Shown one piece after another: positions 52,965 to 64,000 of a stretch of DNA of 64,000 bases. Under the pieces are notes generated by a model, which searched no databases, was not told where the DNA came from, and saw only the letters and a program-made list of their open reading frames with translations. This DNA is from Octopus sinensis (Eukaryota), in the NCBI RefSeq assembly GCF_006345805.1, contig NC_043006.1, positions 102,734,001-102,798,000 of the forward strand, given 5' to 3'. Position 1 is the stretch's first letter. Every line of letters starts with the position of its first letter. The position numbers and the translations under genes are program-made.

Positions 52965-53139
52965 AAGTTTTGGGAAAGGAAGTCGATTACGAAAGCCCCA
53001 GTACTTATTTTATCGACTGCGAAAGAGATAAGAGGCAGAAATCGACGTTGGCGGAATTTGAACTGAGAACATAAAGACCGACGAAATGCCGCTACGAATT
53101 TTGTCGGGTGTGCTAACGATTCTGCCAGCTCGCCGCCTT
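52965..53139 (-). mobile_element. SINE family C, diverged
   Basis: GCGGAATTTGAACTGAGAAC...TGCTAACGATTCTGCCAGCTCGCCGCCTT. Confidence 0.82.
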
Positions 53140-54200
53140 AAAAGTAAAGCTCAGCAGAAGCTTTAAGAATTCAGTGAGGTGGTTATAGCAAAAAAATTTG
53201 GGGGCTTCTAAAGCTAAGAGCAAGCAACATAAAACTTGATGTATGAAGGAAACTGGCGAAAAAAAAAAAAAGAATATGTATTTGGAAAAATAATTTTGGT
53301 GCTGTAGTGGAATGCATTCTTCGTCCTCCTTGTACCTCTGCCCATGTTGAACGAATATTTTCTGTAATAAATAGTTGTGCAGAAGGTATAGGCAATAAAG
53401 AAAGAGAAACTATAGCTAAAGGCTTTCTGATGACTAAAATAAACACCCGACCAAGTTTTCAGAAATTTTCGACAAAAGTATAAAGAACGAAATATTTCTC
53501 AGAAAAGAAGTTTCGAGTGATGACTGAATAAAAGAAACGATTTTGCGTGTAGTAGTAGTAGTAGTAGTAGTAGTAATCGAAGACAATCAAAATGTGTTTA
53601 TATAAATATATTTTTAAATGCCACTTTCCTTTTTGATAAAATTTTACATTCTTGTGTTGTTAAGTAAAGAGGAGATAGTTTATACAAATGTTACTCCACC
53701 TTTCTCTCTTTCTGACTCCTACCTCAACTCTCTGCCTTCTAACTGATAAAGACAAATCATAATTCTTGCCAGCTCACGTGTGCTACTGAAGTATTGCCAA
53801 GAACTGCCTTTATATAAAAACAACAATATATAATTATGTTAATATGTTTGCAGTAATAAATACCGACAAACCTCCTGGCAGGTGGAAAGAGAGAGTGCCT
53901 GCTCTTCTCTCGCACCCAAAACATACGCTGCCACTGTTTTAGAACGTGTTGTGACATTCGCAATGGTCCCAGTTTCCGCTTCCATGGTCGCGGTTTCAAC
54001 CGCCATTAGCGGTGGCTTTAGTTCTGAAAATTATGGTAAGCTTATGTATGTATGTATGCATGTATGTATATATGTATGCATGTATATATATATATATATA
54101 TATGTAACTGGATAATTTAAGATCCTGGATGTCTAGCTTTGCTTATGTATGCGTGTAACTTAGGATGTGCGTTTCCGATACAAAGTAAACGCATATAAGT

Positions 54201-54237
<37 letters not shown>

Positions 54238-54464
54238 TACACACGCACACACACACACACACCACACACACAACATCCATACACATATTAAAACGTTAGA
54301 ATATCTACAAGTGCCAGTTTCATGAGATTGCTGAAAGTAAGGAGAAGAAGACGACGACGACGACGACAACAAGAATAATAACATGGAATCATTGATAATA
54401 GAAATAATGGTAGAGGTAAGGTTAATGATAATGCTGATTGACATGGTGATGCGGGCACTCACGC

Positions 54465-55210
54465 AGACTATGATGACAACGAGGCGCTGCTGCTGTCAAT
54501 GACGGCAATGATGATGTTGATGATGATGGTGATGGCTTTGTGGTGATATTGATGATGTTGCTAATAAAGATGATAATTATAATGATGATGATGGTGGTGA
54601 TGGTGATGGTGACGATGGTGATGATGATGATGATGATGATGCTGCTGATGATGATGATGGTATCGATGGTGATGATGATGATGATGATGATGATGATGTG
54701 ATGATGACGATGACGATGATGATGATAATGATGATGATGTTGATGATGATGACGACGATGATGATGATGATGATGATGATGATGGGGATGATGATGATGA
54801 TGGTGGTGGTGGTGGTGGTGGTGATGGTGATGATGATGATGGTGATGATGATGATGAGGATGATGATGGGGATGATGATGATGATGATGATATTGATGAC
54901 GAGGTTGATGGTGATGATGATGATGATGATGGTGGTGGTGATGGTGATGATGATGATGGTGGTGGTGATGGTGATGATGATGATGGTGATGATGATGATG
55001 ATGGGGACGATGATGGTGATGATGATGATGGTGGTGGTGATGGTGATGATGATGATAAAATTTTGTAATCTTAGATTTCCGTGTTATTTCAATCCCATTA
55101 ACAGAAAATGTTAAAACAACAACAGCAGCATCAGCCGCAGCAGCAGCAGCAGCGACACTAACAATAACAACAATAACAACAGCAACAATTCCAACAAAAA
55201 CACTAATAGC
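54465..55210. repeat. ~570-bp (GAT)n/(GGT)n compound tract followed by (CAA/CAG)n
   Basis: Direct reading; gives the poly-Met ORF artefact. Confidence 0.97.
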
Positions 55211-55410
55211 AATAACGAAGTTATTTCAGATTATATATTGAAATCACAAACACACACACACACACACACACACACATATGTGTGTAAACATACACGCATA
55301 TATATATAGAGAAGCATTCATGCATACAAGCATTCATATATATATATGTGTATGTGAGTATATATCTATACCTACATACGTACATATATATATATATATA
55401 TATATATCAT

Positions 55411-58400
55411 CATCACAATCAAGGAACGGCCATAATAGGCCATTCACCCACTAGAAATAACAGCCAAAGCTTCAACCGCAAAATAACATTAATTCCGTAA
55501 CCAGGAGAAAATTAAAAAACATTTACCCTGTAATTTCTTATACGATGCACCGTTTCATCTACTGTTTAATGGTAAACTAACCTGATTAAATTAAATCAAG
55601 CCAATCTTCCATAGGCCCTAGAATCGTCAGTAAGAAATAGCCAGATCGGAACAGATATTTTCACGAGGCATTTCTGTCCCTGCCTCGGCAATATCTGACC
55701 TAAAATTTTCAAATCATCGCACTCGCGCCAAATTTATCGGCAGCAAATAATATAAGCCGCCGATTCCATTACGGAACTAACCAGAAAATTCATAATTAAT
55801 CAATATAGGGTGGCAAAAAATTTTGTAGAATTTTTTTGCCACCAGCGGCCTAGTGGGAAAAAATTAAATAGTCATAGACAATTTTTAAGTTCAACATCAC
55901 AATCAAGGAACGGCCATAATAGGCCATTCACCCACTAGAAATAACAGCCAAAGCTTCAACCGCAAAATAACATTAATTCCGTAAACCAGGAGAAAATTAA
56001 AAAACATTTACCCTGTAATTCTTATACGATGCACCGTTTCATCTACTGTTTAATGGTAAACTAACCTGATTAAATTAATCAAGCCAATCTTCCATAGACC
56101 CTTAGAATCGTCAGTAAGAAATAGCCAGATCGGAACAGATATTTTCACGAGGCATTTCTGTCCCTGCCTCGGCATATCTGACCTAAAATTTTCAAATCAT
56201 CGCACTCGCGCCAAATTTATCGGCAGCAAATAAATATAAGCCGCCGATTCCATTACGGAACTAACCAGAAAATTCATAATTAATCAATATAGGGTGGCAA
56301 AAAATTTTGTAGAATTTTTTTGCCACCAGCGGCCTAGTGGGAAAAAATAAATAGTCATAGACAATTTTTAAGTTCAACATCACAATCAAGGAACGGCCAT
56401 AATAGGCCATTCACCACTAGAAATAACAGCCAAAGCTTCAACCGCAAAATAACATTAATTCCGTAACCAGGAGAAAATTAAAAAACATTTACCTGTAATT
56501 TCTTATACGATGCACCGTTTCATCTACTGTTTAATGGTAAACTAACCTGATTAAATTAAATCAAGCCAATCTTCCATAGGCCCTTAGAATCGTCAGTAAG
56601 AAATAGCCAGATCGGAACAGATATTTTCACGAGGCATTTCTGTCCCTGCCTCGGCAATATCTGACCTAAATTTTCAAATCATCGCACTCGCGCCAAATTT
56701 ATCGGCAGCAAATAAATATAAGCCGCCGATTCCATTACGGAATTAACCAGAAAATTCATAATTAATCAATATAGGGTGGCAAAAAATTTTGTAGAATTTT
56801 TTTGCCACCAGCGGCCTAGTGGGAAAAAATAAATAGTCATAGACCATTTTTAAGTTCAACATCACAATCAAGGAACGGCCATAATAGGCCATTCACCCAC
56901 TAGAAAAACAGCCAAAGCTTCAACCGCAAAATAACATTAATTCCGTAAACCAGGAGAAAATTAAAAAACATTTACCCTGTAATTTCTTATACGATGCACC
57001 GTTTCATCTACTGTTTAATGGTAAACTAACCTGATTAAATTAAATCAAGCCAATCTTCCATAGGCCCTTAGAATCGTCAGTAAGAATAGCCAGATCGGAA
57101 CAGATATTTTCACGAGGCATTCTGTCCCTGCCTCGGCAATATCTGACCTAAAATTTTCAAATCATCGCACTCGCGCCAAATTTATCGGCAGCAAATAAAT
57201 ATAAGCCGCCGATTCCATTACGGAATTAACCAGAAAATTCATAATTAATCAATATAGGGTGCCAAAAAATTTTGTAGAATTTTTTTGGCACCAGCGGCCT
57301 AGTGGGAAAAAATTAAATAGTCATAGACCATTTTTAAGTTCAACATCACAATCAAGGAACGGCCATAATAGGCCATTCACCACTAGAAATAACAGCCAAA
57401 GCTTCAACCGCAAAATAACATTAATTCCGTAAACCAGAGAAAATTAAAAAACATTTACCCTGTATTTCTTATACGATGCACCGTTTCATCTACTGTTTAA
57501 TGGTAAACTAACCTGATTAAATTAAATCAAGCCAATCTTCCATAGGCCCTTAGAATCGTCAGTAAGAAATAGCCAGATCGGAACAGATATTTTCACGAGG
57601 CATTTCTGTCCCTGCCTCGGCAATATCTGACCTAAAATCTTCAAATCATCGCACTCGCGCCAAATTTATCGGCAGCAAATAAATATAAGCCGCCGATTCC
57701 ATTACGGAATTAACCAGAAAATTCATAATTAATCAATATAGGGTGGCAAAAAATTTTGTAGAATTTTTTTGCCACCAGCGGCCTAGTGGGAAAAAATTAA
57801 ATAGTCATAGACCATTTTTAAGTTCAACATCACAATCAAGGAACGGCCATAATAGGCCATTCATCCACTAGAAATAACAGCCAAAGCTTCAACCGCAAAA
57901 TAACATTAATTCGTAAACCAGGAGAAAATTAAAAAACATTTACCCTGTAATTTCTTACACGATGCACCGTTTCATCTACTGTTTAATGGTAAACTAACCT
58001 GATTAATTAAATCAAGCCAATCTTCCATAGGCCCTTAGAATCGTCAGTAAGAAATAGCCAGATCGGAACAGATATTTTCACGAGGCATTCTGTCCCTGCC
58101 TCGGCAATATCTGACCTAAAATTTTCAAATCATCGCACTCGCGCCAAATTTATCGGCAGCAAATAAATATAAGCCGCCGATTCCATTACGGAATTAACCA
58201 GAAAATTCATAATAATCAATATAGGGTGGCAAAAAATTTTGTAGAATTTTTTGGCACCAGCGGCCTAGTGGGAAAAAATTAAATAGTCATAGACCATTTT
58301 TAAGTTCAACATCACAATCAAGGAACGGCCATAATAGGCCATTCACCCACTAGAAATAACAGCCAAAGCTTCAACCGCAAAATAACATTAATTCCGTAAA

Positions 58401-61400
58401 CCAGGAGAAAATTAAAACACATTTACCCTGTAATTTCTTATACGATGCACCGTTTCATCTACTGTTTAATGGTAAACTAACCTGATCAAATTAAATCAAG
58501 CCAATCTTCCATAGGCCCTTAGAATCGTCAGTAAGAAATAGCCAGATCGGAACAGATATTTTCACGAGGCATTTCTGTCCCTGCCTCGGCAATATCTGAC
58601 CTAAAATTTTCAAATCATCGCACTCGCGCCAAATTTATCGGCAGCAAATAAATATAAGCCGCCGATTCCATTACGGAATTAACCAGAAAATTCATAATTA
58701 ATCAATATAGGGTGGCAAAAAATTTTGTAGAATTTTTTTGCCACCAGCGGCCTAGTGGGAAAAAATTAAATAGTCATAGACCATTTTTAAGTTCAACATC
58801 ACAATCAAGGAACGGCCATAATAGGCCATTCACCCCCTAGAAATAACAGCCAAAGCTTCAACCGCAAAATAACATTAATTCCGTAAACCAGAGAAAATTA
58901 AAAAACATTTACCCTGTAATTTCTTATACGATGCACCGTTTCATCTACTGTTTAATGTAAACTAACCTGATTAAATTAAATCAAGCCAATCTTCCATAGG
59001 CCCTTAGAATCGTCAGTAAGAAATAGCCAGATCGGAACAGATATTTTCACGAGGCATTTCTGTCCCTGCCTCGGAAATATCTGACCTAAAATTTTCAAAT
59101 CATCGCACTCGCGCCAAATTTATCGGCAGCAAATAAATATAAGCCGCCGATTCCATTACGGAATTACCAGAAAAATTCATAATTAATCAATATAGGGTGC
59201 CAAAAAATTTTGTAGAATTTTTTTGCCACCAGCGGCCTAGTGGGAAAAAATTAAATAGTCATAGACCATTTTTAAGTTCAACATCACAATCAAGGAACGG
59301 CATAATAGGCCATTCACCCACTAGAAATAACAGCCAACTTCATCAACCGAAAAATAACATTAATTCCGTAAACCAGGAGAAAATTAAAAAACATTTACCC
59401 TGTAATTTCTTATACGACATGCCACCGTTATCTTCTACTGTTTAATGGTAAACTAACCTGATTAAATTAAATCAAGCCAATCTTCCATAGGCCCTTAGAA
59501 TCGTCAGTAAGAATAGCCAGATCGGAACAGATATTTTCACGAGGCATTTCTGTCCCTGCCTCGGCAATATCTGACCTAAAATTTTCAAATCATCGCACTC
59601 GCGCCAATTTATCGGCAGCAAATAAATATAAGCCGCCGATTCCATTACGGAATTAACCAGAAAATTCATAATTAATCAATATAGGGTGGCAAAAAATTTT
59701 GTAGAATTTTTTTGCCACCAGCGGCCTAGTGGGAAAAAATTAAATAGTCATAGACCATTTTTAAGTTCAACATCACAATCAAGGAACGGCCATAATAGGC
59801 CATTCACCCACTAGAAAACAGCCAAAGCTTCAACCGCAAAATAACATTAATTCCGTAAACCAGAGAAAATTAAAAAACATTTACCCTGTAATTTCTTATA
59901 CGATGCACCGTTTCATCTACTGTTTAATGGTAAACTAACCTGATTAAATTAAATCAAGCCAATCTTCCATAGGCCCTTAGAATCGTCAGTAAGAAATAGC
60001 CAGATCGGAACAGATATTTTCACGAGGCATTTCTGTCCCTGCCTCGGCAATATCTGACCTAAAATTTTCAAATCATCGCACTCGCGCCAAATTTATCGGC
60101 AGCAAATAAATATAAGCCGCCGATTCCATTACGGAATTAACCAGAAAATTCATAATTAATCAATATAGGGTGCCAAAAAATTTTGTAGAATTTTTTTGCA
60201 CCAGCGGCCTAGTGGGAAAAAATTAAATAGTCATAGACCATTTTTAAGTTCACATCACAATCAAGGAACGGCCATAATAGGCCATTCACCCACTAAAATA
60301 ACAGCCAAAGCTTCAACCGCCAAATAACATTAATTCCGTAAACCAGGAGAAAATTAAAAAACATTTACCCTGTAATTTCTTATACGATGCACCGTTTCAT
60401 CTACTGTTTAATGGTAAACTAACCTGATTAAATTAAATCAAGCCAATCTTCCATAGGCCCTTAGAATCGTCAGTAAGAAATAGCCAGATCGGAACAGATA
60501 TTTTCACGAGGCATTTCTGTCCCTGCCTCGGCAATATCTGACCTAAAATTTTCAATCATCGCACTCGCGCCAAATTTATCGGCAGCAAATAAATATAAGC
60601 CGCCGATTCCATTACGGAATTAACCAGAAAATTCATAATTATCAATATAGGGTGCCAAAAAATTTTGTAGAATTTTTTTGCCACCAGCGGCCTAGTGGGA
60701 AAAAATTAAATAGTCATAGACCATTTTAATTTCAACATCACAATCAAGGAACGGGCATAATAGGCCATTCACCACTAGAAATAACATCCAAAGCTTCAAC
60801 CGCAAAATAACATTAATTCCGTAAACCAGGAGAAAATTAAAAAACATTTACCCTGTAATTTCTTATACGATGCACCGTTTCATCTACTGTTAATGGTAAC
60901 TAACCTGATTAAATTAAATCAAGCCATCTTCCATAGGCCCTTAGAATCGTCAGTAAGAAATAGCCAGATCGGAACAGATATTTTCACGAGCATTTCTGTC
61001 CCTGCCTCGGCAATATCTGACCTAAAATTTTCAAATCATCGCACTCGCGCCAAATTTATATCGGCAGCAAATAAATATAAGCCGCCGATTCCATTACGGA
61101 ATTAACCAGAAAATTCATAATTAATCAATCATATAGGGTGGCAAAAAATTTTGTAGAATTTTTTTGCCACCAGCGGCCTAGTGGGAAAAAATTAAATAGT
61201 CATAGACCATTTTTAAGTTCAACATCACAATCAAGGAACGGCCATAATAGGCCTTCACCCACTAGAAATAACAGCCAAAGCTTCAACCGCAAAATAACAT
61301 TAATTCCGTAAACCAGGAGAAAATTAAAAAACATTTACCCTGTAATCTTATACGATGCACCGTTTCATCTACTGTTTAATGGTAACTAACCTGATTAAAT

Positions 61401-62414
61401 TAAATCAAGCCAATCTTCCATAGGCCCTTAGAATCGTCAGTAAGAAATAGCCAGATCGGAACAGATTTTCACGAGGCATTTCTGTCCCCTGCTCGGCATA
61501 TCTGACCTAAAATTTTCAAATCATCGCACTCGCGCCAAATTTATCGGCAGCAAATAAATATAAGCCGCCGATTCCATTACGGAATTAACTAGAAAATTCA
61601 TAATTAATCAATATAGGTGGCAAAAAATTTTGTAAATTTTTTTGCCACCAGCAGCCTAGTGGGAAAAAATTAAATAGTCATAGACCATTTTTAAGTTCAA
61701 CATCACAATCAAGGAACAGCCTAAAAGGCCATTCACCCACTAGAAATAACAGCCAAAGCTTCCAATCACCCGCAAAATAACATTAATTCCGTACCAGAGA
61801 AAATTAAAAAACATTTACCCTGTAATTTCTTATACGATGCAACCGTCATCTCTACTGTTTAATGGTAAACTAACCTGATTAAATTAATCAAGCCAATCTT
61901 CCATAGGCCCTTAGAATCGTCAGTAAGAAATTGCCAGATCGAAACAGATATTTTCACGAGGCATTTCTGTCCCTGCCTCGGCAATATCTGACCTAAAATT
62001 TTCAAATCATCGCACTCGCCGCCAATTTTATCGGCAGCAAATAATATAAGCCCCGATTCCATTACGGAATTAACCAAGAAAATTCATAATTAATCAATAT
62101 AGGGTGGCAAAAAACTTTGTAGAATTTTTTTGCCACCAGCGGCCTAGTGGGAAAAAATTAAATAGTCATAGACCATTTTTGTTTAAGTTCAACATCACAA
62201 TCAAGGAACGGCCATAATAGGCCATTCACCCACTAGAAATAACAGCCAAAGCTTCAACCGCAAAATAACATTAATTCCGTTAAAAACCAGGAGAAAATTA
62301 AAAAACAATTACCCTGTAATTTCTTATACGATGCACCGTTTCATCTACTGTTTAATGGTAAACTAACCTGATTAAATTAAATCAAGCCAATCTTCCATAG
62401 GCCCTTAGAATCGT
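55411..62414. repeat. Tandem array of ~485-bp units (14 complete plus one 222-bp partial)
   Basis: CATCACAATCAAGG unit starts at 55411, 55895, 56378, 56860, 57344, 57828, 58310, 58797, 59282, 59771, 60253, 60736, 61223, 61701 and 62193. Differences are mostly single-base indels. Confidence 0.98.
55533..55638 (-). ncRNA. Type I hammerhead ribozyme motif with long stem II insert (first copy; one per array unit)
   Basis: Minus strand: ATTTCTTA-CTGACGA-[67-68 nt]-GAA-ACGG TGCA TCGT-A-TAAGAAAT, i.e. 8-bp stem I, intact core, 4-bp stem III with palindromic loop, GUA triplet. Confidence 0.8.
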
Positions 62415-62562
62415 GTGGCAAAAAAATTCTACAAAATTTTTTGCCACCCTATATTGATTAATTATGAATTATCTGGTTAATTCCGTAATGGAATCGGCGG
62501 CTTATATTTATTTGCTGCCGATAAATTTGGCGCGAGTGCGATGATTTGAAAATTTTAGGTCA
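62415..62562 (-). repeat. Inverted 148-bp piece of the array unit
   Basis: Reverse complement of unit segment TGACCTAAAATTTTCAAATC...TTTTGCCAC. Confidence 0.95.
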
Positions 62563-62883
62563 TTGGCTTTTACGAATTGCATTTCGGGAAAGGAAAAGTT
62601 TTTTGGGAATAAAAAGTTAGCAATTAAGGACAACTACTTAATAAGGAAAACTTAACAAGAAATTGTCAGGTAGATAGCGTGAAAGACCTCATAAGAGAAA
62701 AAATTTCGAAAATATTTATTTCTTATTGAACATATTAATTTATATATAGAGGGCATTATACATACATGCCAGAGGGCATTATACATACATGCCACACGCT
62801 AAAAGGGACAATTAGTCATTTCTACCAAAAATTTTACTAATCCCCCCGAATGCAATTTTTCAAAGTAAGACATTTAAAAATAT

Positions 62884-62931
62884 AGACTTGTATCACTGTG
62901 ATTTCATACCTCTGTATTCATCAGCAAGCCT
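62884..62931 (-). ncRNA. Minimal type I hammerhead ribozyme, intact core
   Basis: Exact reverse complement of 63089-63136. Confidence 0.85.
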
Positions 62932-63088
62932 GGACATATCATAAATAAACGACCTTACGAAATGCAATTCGTAAAAGTCTGCCATTTACCGGATGTAATA
63001 TATGTAAACTCACACATGTGCTTCGTTGATGTTGACCAGTTAGCTGCTCGGCTTAAGCGAGGCAGGGTCGTTTATTTATGATATGTCC

Positions 63089-63136
63089 AGGCTTGCTGAT
63101 GAATACAGAGGTATGAAATCACAGTGATACAAGTCT
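63089..63136 (+). ncRNA. Minimal type I hammerhead ribozyme, intact core
   Basis: AGGCTTG-CTGATGA-ATAC AGAG GTAT-GAA-ATCA CAG TGAT-A-CAAGTCT: 7-bp stem I (one G-U), 4-bp stem II, 4-bp stem III, AUA triplet (A17 = 63129). Confidence 0.85.
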
Positions 63137-63271
63137 ATATTTTTAAATGTCTTACTTTGAAAAATTGCATTCGGGGGGATTAGTAAAATTTTTGGTAGAA
63201 ATGACTAATTGTCCCTCTTAGCGTGTGGCATGTATGTATAATGCCCTCTGGCATGTATGTATAATGCCCTC

Positions 63272-63303
<32 letters not shown>

Positions 63304-63818
63304 GTTATATATATATACGTACATATATGTATATATATATGTACATATATGTATATATGTAAATGTATGTGTGCCTGTTCATGAATATGTGTGTGTGTGG
63401 GCGCGTGCGCGTGTGCGTGTATACAAGGGATATATGTATGTGTAAGGAAAACTAAAACTGTAATCATTATCAACATAGCAACAACAACAAGAACAACATT
63501 AGCAATGCATTAACTTCGGAATTATGATAAATCGTCACTACCGGCCTCCATTCAAACTCTATCAACTCCATCCTCATCACATTTCTCCCCCTCGCCACCA
63601 TTACTACCACGTACAACCTCATTTCTGTACTTCTTTTCCTCCCCCTTCTCTTCATTGAAGCTAACTTAGTAAATCAATGACGCTGCGATGGTAGAAATGT
63701 TTTTTGTAGAATTTCGTTGTGTTCCTTTATGATTTGAATTCATATCCTACGCGGGTCGACTTTGCCCTTCACTATATTGCCCTTAATTCCCCATTAATAT
63801 CAATAAAGAATGCAATTT

Positions 63819-64000
63819 AAGACGGCGAGCTGGCAGACACATTAGCACGCCGGGCGAGATGCTTAGCGGTATTTCGTCTGCCGCTACGTTATGAGTTCAA
63901 ATTCCGTCGAGGTCGGCTTTGCCTTTCATCCTTTCGAGATCGATAAATTAAGTACCAGTTACGCACTGGGGTCGATATAATCGACTTAATCCGTTTGTCT
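63819..64000 (+). mobile_element. SINE family C, runs off the window end
   Basis: AAGACGGCGAGCTGGCAGACACATTAGC...GAGTTCAAATTCCG. Confidence 0.9.

Larger units (their letters stand above)
62738..63282. mobile_element. ~217-bp inverted repeat (Penelope-type inverted pLTR-like) with 111-bp spacer
   Basis: 62738-62954 versus 63066-63282, near-identical; each arm has a 23-bp internal duplication and an HHR. Confidence 0.85.

Noticed and set aside
54698-55114. 138-aa poly-Met/Val ORF
   Set aside because: Reading of a (GAT)n/(GGT)n tract.
59197-62077. Short ORFs within the 485-bp array
   Set aside because: Present only in some units, depending on indels; no conserved frame or domain.
55411-62414. 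CRISPR-like periodicity
   Set aside because: Whole units repeat with no unique spacers; eukaryotic context, no cas genes.

Overview
AT-rich, microsatellite-dense animal non-coding DNA. The SINE families and repeat make-up suggest a coleoid cephalopod (Octopus-like); this is inference, not a database match. No intact host gene is recognisable, and almost all supplied ORFs are microsatellite or repeat artefacts. The window holds three abundant tRNA-derived SINE families (several with clear TSDs), the 5' half of an L1/Tx1 LINE, RTE and CR1-like LINE fragments, and decayed Tc1, mariner-like, Tigger/pogo and two hAT transposases. It also has MITEs, Helitron-like elements and several perfect palindromes. 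Main result: hand-folding finds type I hammerhead ribozyme (HHR) motifs in at least four unrelated repeats. The most striking is a 7-kb array of ~485-bp units (55.4-62.4 kb). Each unit carries a minus-strand HHR with an unusual 68-nt stem II insertion, resembling a retrozyme or HHR-satellite that could yield ~485-nt circular RNAs. The array ends in an inversion and abuts a 217-bp inverted repeat containing two intact minimal HHRs. Ribozyme activity and transcription are untested.
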